Shown here: piece by piece, positions 1 through 11,338 of the stretch
How the letters are laid out: each line of letters starts with the position of its first letter
How positions within the stretch are numbered: position 1 is the stretch's first letter
Origin: Pseudomonas aeruginosa
Lineage (GTDB): Bacteria > Pseudomonadota > Gammaproteobacteria > Pseudomonadales > Pseudomonadaceae
Direction: 5' to 3'
Assembly (NCBI RefSeq): GCF_001457615.1
Contig: NZ_LN831024.1
Span: forward strand, 2,880,001-2,912,000
DNA: 32,000 nt
The notes under the pieces: model-generated
The model's database searches: none
Told to the model about the DNA's origin: nothing
Seen by the model: only the letters and a program-made list of their open reading frames with translations
Made by a program: the position numbers and the translations under genes

Positions 1-978
1 GCGGCGCAGTTGGCGAAGCTGGTGGGTAACGATTTCAACCAGATGGACATCGGCAGTTGCGCCGACATTCTCAACGGCGTGCTCCTGCCGTCCAGCCGCA
101 GCGACCTGGCGACGCGCCTGGTGGACCTGCGCCAGGGCGCGCTCGGGCGCTGCCAGTCGTTGCAACAGCAGCAGGCGGCGCAGGCCTGGAAGGACCTCGC
201 CGACTACTTCAACCAGTACCTCGCCGGACGCTTCCCGTTCGCCTACAGCCTGGAAGCGGCCGATGCCGAGCCGGGGCGGGTGCGGCACCTGCTGAAACTG
301 ATGGAGACGCGCTTGCCGCAGGTGCGCGAAGGGCTGGCCCAGGTTCGCTCGCCGGACCTGCCGGCCGCCGAGGACTTCGTCCGCCGCCTGGAGCAGGCGC
401 AGCGCTGGCTCGGCCCGCTGTTCGAGCGCGACAAGTCGGGCCTGCTCGGCGTCGCCCTGGACATCGACTGGCGCAGCGACCGCAGCCTGGAACGCGGCGC
501 CGACCAGGTGATCGCCTGGAGCCTGTACTCGGGCGACCAGGAAAGCCGTTTCCCCGGCGCGCAGGACAAGGGCCTGACCTGGAATGTCGGCGATCCGCTG
601 AAAATCATGCTGCGCTGGGCGAAGAACGGCTCGCAGCGTCCGGCAGACGACCCGCGCCAGGCCAGCCTGGCGGTGGCCGACCTCGAGGCCGGCTGGAGCT
701 ACCAGGGCTCCTGGGCGCTGTTGCGCATGATGCGCGCGCACTTCTCCCGGCAGCGCCCGCCGAACGTCGACTACACGGAGTTTCCGCTGGTCCTGCAACT
801 GCCGGTGTATGCGCCCTACAGCCCGGAAAACGAGGCGCGGATGTTCCTCCGCCTGTCGTTGATGAGCCTGGGCGGCAAGACCCCGCTGTCCATCCAACCG
901 CTTCCGGTGCGCGCGCCGCAATCGCCGTTCGCGACGCTGTTGCCGGCCACCGTCGCCAGCACCGGAGGTACCCCATGA
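1..978 (+). CDS. icmF3: Type VI secretion protein TssM/IcmF family, C-terminal part (5' truncated at window edge)
   Basis: Frame 1 is open from base 1 to the stop at 976-978. The listed ORF start at 10 is an internal TTG. Sequence ...LADYFNQYLAGRFPFA... resembles IcmF C-termini, and the gene lies directly upstream of and overlaps a TssA gene. Confidence 0.8.
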   Translation, partial: AAQLAKLVGNDFNQMDIGSCADILNGVLLPSSRSDLATRLVDLRQGALGRCQSLQQQQAAQAWKDLADYFNQYLAGRFPFAYSLEAADAEPGRVRHLLKLMETRLPQVREGLAQVRSPDLPAAEDFVRRLEQAQRWLGPLFERDKSGLLGVALDIDWRSDRSLERGADQVIAWSLYSGDQESRFPGAQDKGLTWNVGDPLKIMLRWAKNGSQRPADDPRQASLAVADLEAGWSYQGSWALLRMMRAHFSRQRPPNVDYTEFPLVLQLPVYAPYSPENEARMFLRLSLMSLGGKTPLSIQPLPVRAPQSPFATLLPATVASTGGTP

Positions 979-2075
979 CCCTGCCTCTTTCCGGCAACGC
1001 CCTGTCCCTGGAAGTGCTGCTCGAACCGATCGACCCCGGACAGCCGTGCGGCCCCAGCCTGCGCTACGACCCGGACTACGACCGCCTGCGCGAGTTGCGC
1101 CGGGAGGACGACAGCAGCCTGCCGACCGGCGTCTGGCAGGCGGAGGCCAAGCGCGCCGACTGGGCCGCGGTGGAGCAGTTGGCCAGCGAACTGTTGCAGC
1201 GGCGCAGCAAGGACCTGATGCTCGCCGCCTGGCTCGGCGAGGCCTGGCTGCAACGCGGCGGGCTGGGGGGATTGCAGCGCGCGCTGGTGCTGCTGGCGGA
1301 ACTCTGCGAGCGCTACCCCGAGGAGGTGCATCCGCAAGCCCAGGACGGCGACCAGTCGTGGCGGGTGCCGCCCATCGACTGGCTGTTGCGCCGCTATGCC
1401 GAGCTGCTGCACACGCGCCTGCCGCTGATGGGGCAGGGCGCGTTCGCCGAGATCACCCTCTATGCCTGGCAGAGGTTGCAGCGCCAGCAGGTCGCCAGCG
1501 GCGACAGCAAGAGCGCCAAGGCGGCGCTGGAAGCGGCGCAACTTCAGCAGAAGAAGCTAGACGAAGCGTTGCGCGCGGAGCCCCTGGTGCAATGGCAGCG
1601 CAAGCAGGCCAGCCTGCTCGCCTGCCAGCAGCAACTACAGCGCCTGGAACAGTGGTGCGACCGCTGCCTGGGCGAACTCGCCCCCAGTTGCCAGCCATTG
1701 CGCGAGGTCATCGCGCAATGGCTGGCCTTGCTCAAGGAGTTCATCGCCATGCACCCGCAAGCGCCGCTGTCCGAAGAACAGCCCCCGGTCGCGGAGGCGG
1801 ACGCCGCCGAAGGCGACGCGGACGGCGAGGAAAGCGTCCCGGCGAGCGCGCCGAGCGGGCCGGCTGGCGCGCCGACCAGTCGCGAGGACGCCTACCGGCA
1901 ATTGCTGCTGATCGCTGACTACCTGGCGCGCACCGAGCCGCACAGCCCGGTTCCCTACCTGATCAAGCGCGCGGTGGAGTGGGGCAACAAGCCGCTGAGC
2001 GAGTTGCTGGCGGAGCTGATCAATGCAGACTCGGAGGCGCGCCGAGTCTGGTCGCTGCTTGGCGTACTGCCCTAA
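975..2075 (+). CDS. hsiA3: Type VI secretion system protein TssA (ImpA N-terminal family)
   Basis: ATG at 975 overlaps the upstream stop. ImpA-like N-terminus (LLEPIDPGQPCGPSLRYDPDYDRLREL) and TssA C-terminal motif (PHSPVPYLIKRAVEWGNKPLSELL). Confidence 0.9.
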   Translation: MTLPLSGNALSLEVLLEPIDPGQPCGPSLRYDPDYDRLRELRREDDSSLPTGVWQAEAKRADWAAVEQLASELLQRRSKDLMLAAWLGEAWLQRGGLGGLQRALVLLAELCERYPEEVHPQAQDGDQSWRVPPIDWLLRRYAELLHTRLPLMGQGAFAEITLYAWQRLQRQQVASGDSKSAKAALEAAQLQQKKLDEALRAEPLVQWQRKQASLLACQQQLQRLEQWCDRCLGELAPSCQPLREVIAQWLALLKEFIAMHPQAPLSEEQPPVAEADAAEGDADGEESVPASAPSGPAGAPTSREDAYRQLLLIADYLARTEPHSPVPYLIKRAVEWGNKPLSELLAELINADSEARRVWSLLGVLP

Positions 2076-2184
2076 TGAGCGGGGTTATATTTTTTATTCG
2101 AATATATAAATACGAATTCAGAATTTTTTAATCTATGGGTTCCTGGGGCAAGATGGGCGCACATTCCCCGGCTCGGAACCCAGC

Positions 2185-3270
<1,086 letters not shown>

Positions 3271-3505
3271 GCGTGGCGCTTTACAGTCTTTCACAATTCC
3301 CCCACAAAACCGGCAAGAACCCGGACGGCGGCTGTTCTACAACGGAGCGGTGAATCTCGTTGGCCGGACCAGGGACGTCGCCATGCCTCGCTCCGCTCGC
3401 CTGTGTCGCTCGCTCCCGGTAGCCGCTTTCCCGGCCGCGCCGAGTCCGCCTGGTCCTCCAGTCACAGCAACCTTGGTTTCCCGACCCGGCGAAGAGGATC
3501 GCTGC

Positions 3506-3772
3506 ATGCCGTACTGTTCGCCGGAACAACTCGCCGACCTAGGCCCGCTGCTGGATTGCCTGCGCCGCTGGCCGCGCATCCGCGAGCCGCGGCCGGGGGT
3601 GTTCTACCTGGGCGACCAGCCGTTCTGCCAGTTCCATTCGCGCAATGGCCAGCGCTGGGCCGACGTCAAGCGCCGCAAGGGGCGCCTGCCGCCGTTCGTT
3701 CTGCCGCCGGGCGACCAGCATTCGGCGCGGGCATTCCAGATATTCCTGCTCCAGGCCTACAAGCTGAACTGA
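3506..3772 (+). CDS. Small hypothetical protein (88 aa); an in-frame upstream ATG at 3383 would give 129 aa
   Basis: Open frame MPYCSPEQLADLGPLLDCLRRWPRI...GVFYLGDQPFCQFHSRNG... with a GAAGAGG-like RBS upstream of 3506. Lies between sfa3 and msuE on the same strand. Confidence 0.65.
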   Translation: MPYCSPEQLADLGPLLDCLRRWPRIREPRPGVFYLGDQPFCQFHSRNGQRWADVKRRKGRLPPFVLPPGDQHSARAFQIFLLQAYKLN

Positions 3773-3773
3773 A

Positions 3774-3791
3774 CTGTTGCCCGGGCAACAG
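3774..3791. promoter_or_regulatory. Perfect palindrome CTGTTGCCCGGGCAACAG (20 bp palindrome 3773-3792), candidate activator-binding site (UAS) upstream of msuE
   Basis: Read directly: ACTGTTGCCC/GGGCAACAGT. A near-identical palindrome occurs at 17407-17424. Confidence 0.7.
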
Positions 3792-3804
3792 TCGGACAGC
3801 AGCG

Positions 3805-3822
3805 CTGTTGCGTGGCTGACAG
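3805..3822. promoter_or_regulatory. Degenerate second copy of the same motif (CTGTTGCGTGGCTGACAG)
   Basis: Matches the palindrome at 12 of 16 specified positions by eye. Offset 31 bp from the first site. Confidence 0.4.
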
Positions 3823-3873
3823 GCCGAGGCCGGAAACCCGCCGCAACTGCCCGGAAAATGCACATTTCCCCGT

Positions 3874-3889
3874 TGGTACGGCCCTTGCT
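3874..3889 (+). promoter_or_regulatory. Sigma-54 -24/-12 promoter for msuE operon (TGGTACG-GCCC-TTGCT)
   Basis: Close match to TGGCACG-N4-TTGCW with GG-N10-GC spacing, located 43 bp upstream of the msuE ATG. Confidence 0.85.
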
Positions 3890-3931
3890 CCAGGGCACTG
3901 CACCTAGCGCAACAGTCCACAGGGAAATCCC

Positions 3932-4492
3932 ATGACCAGCCCCTTCAAAGTCGTCGCCGTCTCCGGCGGCACCTATCGCCCGTCCCGCACCCTGGTACTC
4001 ACCCAGGCCCTGATCGCCGAGCTTGGCCAGTCGTTGCCGATCGACAGCCGGGTCATCGAGCTGACCGACATCGCCGCGCCGCTGGGCGCTACCCTGGCGC
4101 GCAACCAGGCGCCGGCGGAACTGCAGGCGGTGCTCGACGAGATCGAAAGCGCCGACCTGCTGCTGGTCGCCTCGCCGGTCTACCGTGGCTCCTATCCGGG
4201 CCTGCTCAAGCACCTGTTCGACCTGATCGACCTCAACGCCTTGATCGACACCCCGGTGCTGCTCGCCGCCACTGGCGGCACCGAGCGCCACGCGCTGGTC
4301 CTCGACCACCAGTTGCGCCCGCTGTTCAGCTTCTTCCAGGCGATCACCCTGCCCATCGGGGTCTACGCCAGCGAGGCCGACTTCGACAACTACCGGATCG
4401 TCAGCGAGCCGCTGAAGGCGCGCATCCGCCTCGCCGCCGAGCGCGCCGCGCCGCTGTTCGGCGGACGCTCCGAACTGTTGAAGATCGCCTGA
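3932..4492 (+). CDS. msuE: NADH-dependent FMN reductase of the methanesulfonate utilisation system
   Basis: Flavodoxin-like FMN reductase sequence (VVAVSGGTYRPSRT...ASPVYRGSYPGLLKHLFDL). First gene of a tight cluster with the monooxygenases. Confidence 0.9.
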   Translation: MTSPFKVVAVSGGTYRPSRTLVLTQALIAELGQSLPIDSRVIELTDIAAPLGATLARNQAPAELQAVLDEIESADLLLVASPVYRGSYPGLLKHLFDLIDLNALIDTPVLLAATGGTERHALVLDHQLRPLFSFFQAITLPIGVYASEADFDNYRIVSEPLKARIRLAAERAAPLFGGRSELLKIA

Positions 4493-4501
4493 GGTGCGCC
4501 G

Positions 4502-5647
4502 ATGAACGTGTTCTGGTTCCTCCCGACCCACGGCGATGGCCACTTCCTCGGCACCAGCCAGGGCGCGCGGCCGGTCTCGCTGCCTTACCTGAAGCAGGTG
4601 GCACAGGCGGCCGACAGCCTTGGCTATCACGGCGTGCTGATCCCCACCGGACGCTCCTGCGAGGACTCCTGGGTGGTGGCCTCGGCGCTGGCGCCGCTGA
4701 CCGAGCGCCTGCGCTTCCTGGTGGCGATCCGTCCGGGAATCGTTTCGCCGACCGTCTCGGCGCGGATGGCGGCGACCCTCGACCGCCTGTCCGGCGGGCG
4801 CCTGCTGATCAACGTGGTCACCGGCGGCGATCCCGACGAGAACCGCGGCGACGGCATCCATCTCGGCCACGCCGAGCGCTACGAGGTCACCGACGAGTTC
4901 CTTCGGGTCTGGCGGCGCGTCCTGCAGGGCGAGGCGGTGGACTTCCACGGCAAGCACATCCACGTGGAGAACGCCAAGGCGCTCTATCCGCCGCTGCAAC
5001 GGCCGTATCCGCCGCTGTACTTCGGCGGTTCCTCGGAGGCCGCCCACGAACTGGCCGGCGAACAGGTGGACGTCTACCTGACCTGGGGCGAGCCGTTGCC
5101 GGCGGTGGCGGCGAAAATCGCCGACGTGCGCCAGCGAGCGGCTCGCCATGGGCGTACGGTGAAGTTCGGCATCCGCCTGCATGTGATCGTCCGCGAAACC
5201 GCCGAAGAAGCCTGGCGCGCCGCGGACAGGCTGATCGAACACATCTCCGACGAGACCATCGCCGCCGCGCAGCAGTCCTTCGCCCGTTTCGACTCCGAAG
5301 GCCAGCGACGCATGGCCGCGCTGCACGGCGGCCGCCGCGATCGCCTGGAGATCCAGCCGAACCTCTGGGCCGGGGTCGGCCTGGTGCGCGGCGGCGCCGG
5401 CACCGCGCTGGTCGGCGATCCGCGGCAGGTGGCGGAGCGCATCGGGGAATACGCCGAGCTCGGCATCGACAGCTTCATCTTCTCCGGCTATCCGCACCTG
5501 GAAGAGGCCTACCGCTTCGCCGAACTGGTCTTCCCGCTGCTGCCCGAACCCTACGCCAGCCTGGCCGGCCGTGGGCTGACCAACCTGACCGGGCCGTTCG
5601 GCGAAATGATCGCCAACGACGTGCTGCCGGCTCGCGCCGGCGCTTGA
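4502..5647 (+). CDS. msuD: FMNH2-dependent methanesulfonate monooxygenase (SsuD/MsuD family)
   Basis: SsuD-like N-terminus ([17 protein letters not shown]) and [41 protein letters not shown]. Confidence 0.93.
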   Translation: MNVFWFLPTHGDGHFLGTSQGARPVSLPYLKQVAQAADSLGYHGVLIPTGRSCEDSWVVASALAPLTERLRFLVAIRPGIVSPTVSARMAATLDRLSGGRLLINVVTGGDPDENRGDGIHLGHAERYEVTDEFLRVWRRVLQGEAVDFHGKHIHVENAKALYPPLQRPYPPLYFGGSSEAAHELAGEQVDVYLTWGEPLPAVAAKIADVRQRAARHGRTVKFGIRLHVIVRETAEEAWRAADRLIEHISDETIAAAQQSFARFDSEGQRRMAALHGGRRDRLEIQPNLWAGVGLVRGGAGTALVGDPRQVAERIGEYAELGIDSFIFSGYPHLEEAYRFAELVFPLLPEPYASLAGRGLTNLTGPFGEMIANDVLPARAGA

Positions 5648-5676
5648 GCAGCCGGGCCCCCGAGGAGAAACCCCCT

Positions 5677-6857
5677 GTGAATGCGAAGACCCGCCCCGAG
5701 GCGCAAACGCCGTTGCAGATCGCCCGGCGCCTGGCCGCCGATTTCGCCGAGAACGCCGCCGAGCGCGACGTCGCTGGCGGTACCCCGAAGGCCGAGCGCG
5801 ACGCGTTGCGCCGCAGCGGCCTGTTGTCGCTGATCATCCCGCGCGAATACGGCGGCCTGGGGGCGAGCTGGAGCGAAACCCTGCAAACCGTGCGCGAACT
5901 GGCCCGGGTCGACAGCTCGATCGCCCACGTCTATGGCTTCCAGCACCTGATGCTGGCCACCGTGCGCCTGTTCTCGCGGCCCGAGCAATGGCAGCCGTGG
6001 TTCGAGCTGACCGCGCGCAACTGCTGGTTCTGGGGCAACGCGCTGAACCCGCTGGACAACCGTACCGTGGCCCGGCGCTTCGACGGCTGGCGCGAGTTCT
6101 CCGGGAAGAAGAGCTTCTGCTCCGGCGCCCGCGATTCGGAGATGCTCATCGCCTCGGCACTGGACGGCGAGGGCGGGGCGCTGCTGATTGCCGCCATCCC
6201 CACCGCGCGCAGCGGTATCAGCCTGGGCCAGGATTGGGACAACATGGGCCAGCGGCAGACCGACAGCGGCAGCGCGATCTTCGAGCGGGTGCGGGTGGAG
6301 GAGAGCGAGTTGCTGCTCGATCCCGGGCCGCTGAGCACGCCGTTCGCCTGCCTGCGGCCGCTGATCGCCCAGTTGATCTTCACCGAGGTGTTCCTCGGCA
6401 TCGCCGAAGGCGCCTTCGAGGAGGCTCGCCAGTACACCCTGCGCGAAGCGCGACCGTGGTTCCGCTCCGAGGTCGCCGAGGCCAATGCCGACCCCTATGT
6501 GCTGGCGCGCTACGGCGAATTCTGGGTCGGCCTGGAAAGCACCCGGGCGCTGGTCGAGCGCGCCGCGCAGCGCCTCGACGCCGCCTGGTCCAAGGGCCCG
6601 GCGCTGGACGCCAGCGAGCGCGGCCAGTTGGCCCTGGCCATCGCCGCCGCCAAGGTCGCCGCGACGCGCAACGGCCTCGACCTGTGCAACCGCATGTTCG
6701 AAGTCACCGGCGCCCGCTCCACTCACGCCGCCCTGCGCCTGGACCGCTACTGGCGCAACCTGCGCACCCAGACCCTGCACGACCCGCTGGACTACAAGAT
6801 CCGCGAGCTGGGCGACTGGGCGCTGAACCAGTCACCGCCGCAACCGACCTTCTACTC

Positions 6858-6861
<4 letters not shown>
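5677..6861 (+). CDS. msuC: MsuC/SfnC-type FMNH2-dependent monooxygenase, acyl-CoA dehydrogenase fold (TTG start at 5644 also possible)
   Basis: LSLIIPREYGGLGASWSETLQTVREL and C-terminal HWxRNxRTxTLHDPxxYK-type motif. GTG at 5677 is preceded by GAGGAG. Confidence 0.8.
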
Positions 6862-7988
<1,127 letters not shown>

Positions 7989-8159
7989 GTTCAGGCGCTC
8001 GGGATCGCGGCGGGTAAGCGCAAGCGGTTATTCGGCCAACCTCCCGCGACTATCCGCCGTGCCGGCGCTGCGGCATTCGCCCAAACCCAGCCGGGCGCAG
8101 TAGACTCGGCGCTTTGCGGAGCGTCTGGCTCCGCGCTCTGCGCCAGGTGGAACTGCCCG

Positions 8160-9314
8160 ATGCCCGATACCTCTCCCGATCTGCCGGCCATGTCGCCGCT
8201 CGCCGTCTATCGCCAGGCCGTGGAACAGCGCGGTTTCGCTCCCGACGAGGCGCAGCGGCGCGCCGCCGAGGCGCTGGAGCGTTGTTTCCAGGCCCTGCAT
8301 GAAGCTCACCGCCACGGCGCGATCCAGGGCGTCTACCTGTGGGGACCGGTAGGACGCGGCAAGACCTGGCTGATGGATCACTTCTACCAGTGCCTGCGCG
8401 TGCCCGCGCGGCGCCAGCACTTCCACCACTTCATGCAATGGGTGCACCAGCGCCAGTTCGAACTGACCGGTACAGCCGACCCGTTGCGCGCCCTGGCCCG
8501 CGAGTTGGCGCGGGACGTGCGGGTGCTGTGCTTCGACGAGCTGTTCGTCAGCGATATCGGCGATGCCATCCTGCTCGGCAGCCTGCTGCGCATCATGTTC
8601 GAGGAGGGCGTGGTGCTGGTGGCCACTTCCAACCAGCCACCGGAGCAGTTGTACGCCGACGGTTTCAACCGCGAACGCTTCCTCCCGGCGATCGAGGCGA
8701 TCCAGCGGCACATGGCGGTGGTCGCGGTGGATGGCGGCCAGGACCACCGCCTGCATCCCGGCCGGGCCGAGCAACGCTACTGGGTGGTGGAGGCGGGGCA
8801 GGCGAGCGGTTTCGCCGAACTCTTCGCGCGCCTGAGTGCCGGCGAAGCGGCATCCACGCAGCCCATCGAACTGGGGCACCGCCCGCTGGCGGTGCACCGG
8901 CACAGCGAATCGGTGCTCTGGTGCAGCTATGCGCAGCTCTGCGAGGCGCCGCTGTCGGCGCTGGACTTCATCGGCCTTTGCGACCGCTACCGGGCGATCC
9001 TGATGGACGACCTGCCGTGCCTGAGCGCCGGCCAGCGCGAAGGCCGCATAGCCCGTGGCACCGAGGACGGCGCGCAACTGGTGGAGGCGGGGGATCGCGA
9101 ATTGCCGCAGTTGTCGGTGCACGACGACGGCGTGCGGCGCTTCATCGCCCTGGTGGACGAATGCTACGACCGCAAGGTGCCGCTCTACCTGGAGGCCAGG
9201 GTGCCGTTGGAGGCACTTTATACCGAGGGCTACCTGGCCTTCGCCTTCCGTCGCACCCTCAGCCGGCTGCGCGAGATGCAGCTGGCACGCTTCGGCAGCG
9301 ACAGCGCCGGCTAG
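8160..9314 (+). CDS. AFG1/ZapE-like AAA+ ATPase
   Basis: GVYLWGPVGRGKTWLMDHFY P-loop, FHHFMQWVH, RVLCFDELFVSDIGDAILLGSLLR, and VATSNQPPEQLYADG motifs. Confidence 0.88.
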   Translation: MPDTSPDLPAMSPLAVYRQAVEQRGFAPDEAQRRAAEALERCFQALHEAHRHGAIQGVYLWGPVGRGKTWLMDHFYQCLRVPARRQHFHHFMQWVHQRQFELTGTADPLRALARELARDVRVLCFDELFVSDIGDAILLGSLLRIMFEEGVVLVATSNQPPEQLYADGFNRERFLPAIEAIQRHMAVVAVDGGQDHRLHPGRAEQRYWVVEAGQASGFAELFARLSAGEAASTQPIELGHRPLAVHRHSESVLWCSYAQLCEAPLSALDFIGLCDRYRAILMDDLPCLSAGQREGRIARGTEDGAQLVEAGDRELPQLSVHDDGVRRFIALVDECYDRKVPLYLEARVPLEALYTEGYLAFAFRRTLSRLREMQLARFGSDSAG

Positions 9315-9338
9315 CGCCGCGCCGCCGAAGCGGGAACT

Positions 9339-9364
9339 GCGGATGGCCGCCCGCGCTCATCCGC
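9339..9364. terminator. Inverted repeat GCGGATG-N12-CATCCGC in the convergent intergenic gap (weak candidate bidirectional terminator)
   Basis: 7-bp perfect arms between the ATPase gene (+) and the phosphodiesterase gene (-). No clear U-tract. Confidence 0.3.
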
Positions 9365-9379
9365 CGGCCAGGCCGAGGC

Positions 9380-10507
9380 TCAGTAGCCGTGCCGGCGCAG
9401 CAGCGCGTCCATGTCTTGCGCCGCCGGGCGGCCCTGGAACTTCAGCAGTTCCGAGGTGCGGTTGGTGAAGAAACCGTCGACGCCGGCCGCGCCTAGGGCC
9501 TTGAAGTCTTCCGCCGAGTCCACCGAGTAGGCATGGATGAACAGCCCGCGCGCGTGGGTCATGCGGTTCATCCAGGGTTTCACCAGGTCGGCGTAGCTCT
9601 GTTCGCCGCGTTCGCTGAGGGTCGCCGAGGGGCCGGTGCCCAGCGCGCCGTGGGCCTTGGCCCAGTCCAGCCAGGCGCCGAACTCGGCTTCGGACTTCAC
9701 TTCCTGCCTGGCATAGAAGGCCGCCTTGTCGGTTTCCCCGGATTCCTTGAAGGTCACTGGCGAACGGGCTTCCAGGTAACCGTCGCCGAGCCACAGCAGG
9801 AGAATCTTCGGCACTTGCGGCATGCTTTCTTGCAGCAGTTCCAGGCTGCTCTTCTCGAAGGTCTGCAGGATCACCCGGCCATTGCCGTGGGCCACGTCGA
9901 CATGCCCGGCGGCGGCGCGCTCGCGGGGTTGCAGCCAGCCGCGGCGTTCCAGCAGCTTGCGCAGGTCGTCTTCGATGCCGGGGAATTGCGCCGGTACCTT
10001 GGTCTCCAGGTACAGGCCCGGCTTGTTGGCGCCGCCCTCGGCGATGTCGAGCATCTCGTCGAGGGTGAGGATGCGCAGGCCGACGAAGCCGGGCCGGGCG
10101 CGCTCGGGGAAGGCGCGATTGAACCAGGAGCCGGCGTCCAGGCGCTTGAGTTCGGCGAGAGTGAAGCTGCTCACCGGGTCCTTGGCGCGCTCCGGGAAGA
10201 CCTCGGCGACGTCGGTGGTGCGCTCCAGGGTGTCGTCGTGGAGGGCGACCAGCACGCCGTCGCGGCTGCGCTGCACGTCGGCTTCCAGATAGTCGGCGCC
10301 GAGGTCGCGGGCCAGCAGGTAGGCCGCGGCGGTTTCCTCGGGGGCGTCGTACGAGGCGCCGCGGTGGGCGATGACCGCCGGCCAGGGCACGCCGGCGGCG
10401 GCGCTGAGGGCCTTGCCGGACGGCTCCGCGGCCTGGGCGGCGAGCCCCGCCGTCAGGCCGAGGAGGCCCAGGGTCTTGAATGTTCCTTGCCAGAATCTTT
10501 GCCGCAT
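9380..10507 (-). CDS. glpQ: Periplasmic glycerophosphodiester phosphodiesterase
   Basis: Signal peptide (FKTLGLLGLTAGLAAQA) and GDPD motifs IAHRGASYDAPEET, YLEADVQRSRDGVLVALHDDTLERTT. Confidence 0.85.
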   Translation of the reverse strand: MRQRFWQGTFKTLGLLGLTAGLAAQAAEPSGKALSAAAGVPWPAVIAHRGASYDAPEETAAAYLLARDLGADYLEADVQRSRDGVLVALHDDTLERTTDVAEVFPERAKDPVSSFTLAELKRLDAGSWFNRAFPERARPGFVGLRILTLDEMLDIAEGGANKPGLYLETKVPAQFPGIEDDLRKLLERRGWLQPRERAAAGHVDVAHGNGRVILQTFEKSSLELLQESMPQVPKILLLWLGDGYLEARSPVTFKESGETDKAAFYARQEVKSEAEFGAWLDWAKAHGALGTGPSATLSERGEQSYADLVKPWMNRMTHARGLFIHAYSVDSAEDFKALGAAGVDGFFTNRTSELLKFQGRPAAQDMDALLRRHGY

Positions 10508-10658
10508 GAGGCGCCTTTCCTTCTTTCTTTTTCACGGGATTGCCGACCAGTCTGGCGTCGCCGGATGACCGGAGGACGACAGATACAGGTCTGTCCGGCG
10601 CGGGGAAAGATGCGCTGTCGCGGCGACGCTGGTTCCTGTCGCCCTCGGCAAAGCGCCA

Positions 10659-10679
10659 GCCCTCCCAGGCCGGGAGGGC
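10659..10679 (-). terminator. Hairpin GCCCTCCC-AGGCC-GGGAGGGC downstream of the minus-strand sulfur/ABC operon, likely terminator
   Basis: 8-bp GC-rich perfect stem with 5-nt loop immediately after the permease stop. Only a short T run follows on the minus strand. Confidence 0.5.
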
Positions 10680-10684
10680 GGATT

Positions 10685-11338
10685 CTACAGGCGTTTGTTC
10701 AGCAGGCGGGCCAGGCGGTCGCCGCCGAACTGGATCAACGTGACCAGCAGCACAAGGACGATGATCACGGTGAGCATCACCTGGGTGTCGAAGCGCTGGT
10801 AGCCGTAGCGGTAGGCCAGGTCGCCCAGGCCGCCGGCACCGATCGCGCCGGCCATGGCCGAGGAATTGATCATGGTCACCAGGGTGATGGTGAAGCCGCC
10901 GACGATGCCCGGTCGCGCCTCCGGCAACAGTACGTTGCAGATGATGTGGCGGCGTTCGCAGCCCATCGCCTGGGCCGCCTCCACCAGGCCGTGGTCGACT
11001 TCGCGCAGGCTGACCTCGGCGATCCGCGCGAAGAACGGCGTGGCGGCGATGGTCAGCGGCACCACCGCGGCCCAGACTCCATAGCTGGTGCCGACGATCA
11101 TCCGGGTAAAGGGAATCAGCGCCACCATCAGGATCAGGAAGGGTACCGAGCGCAGCACGTTGACCAGACCCCCCAGGATGCGATTGAGCAGGCGCGCCTC
11201 GAAGATCCCGCCCGGCCCGGTGGTGACCAGCACCAGGGCCAGCGGGATACCCACCAGCAGGACGATGGCGGAGGACGCGCCGATCATCAGCAGGGTATCG
11301 AGGAAACCTTGCCAGAGCCGTTCAAGCATGGGCGACAT
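10685..11338 (-). CDS. metI: MetI-like ABC transporter permease
   Basis: Hydrophobic permease with MetI-like sequence ([25 protein letters not shown]; [61 protein letters not shown]). Confidence 0.9.
   Translation of the reverse strand: MSPMLERLWQGFLDTLLMIGASSAIVLLVGIPLALVLVTTGPGGIFEARLLNRILGGLVNVLRSVPFLILMVALIPFTRMIVGTSYGVWAAVVPLTIAATPFFARIAEVSLREVDHGLVEAAQAMGCERRHIICNVLLPEARPGIVGGFTITLVTMINSSAMAGAIGAGGLGDLAYRYGYQRFDTQVMLTVIIVLVLLVTLIQFGGDRLARLLNKRL

Noticed and set aside
2136-2150. Possible sigma-54 element upstream of sfa3 (TGGGTTCCTGGGGCA)
   Set aside because: GG-to-GC spacing is 9 rather than 10 nt and the -12 box lacks TTGC, so it is not credible without experimental data.
3539-5497. 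652-aa minus-strand ORF over msuE/msuD
   Set aside because: Antisense shadow of two well-supported genes and the sigma-54 promoter region.
8028-9122. 364-aa minus-strand ORF over the AFG1/ZapE-like gene
   Set aside because: The plus-strand ORF has clear ATPase motifs; the minus frame is a GC-driven artefact.
10578-10595. Small inverted repeat GACAGA-TACAGG-TCTGTC upstream of the phosphodiesterase gene
   Set aside because: Only 6-bp arms. It could be an operator but there is no supporting second copy or known consensus, so it is not reported as a feature.
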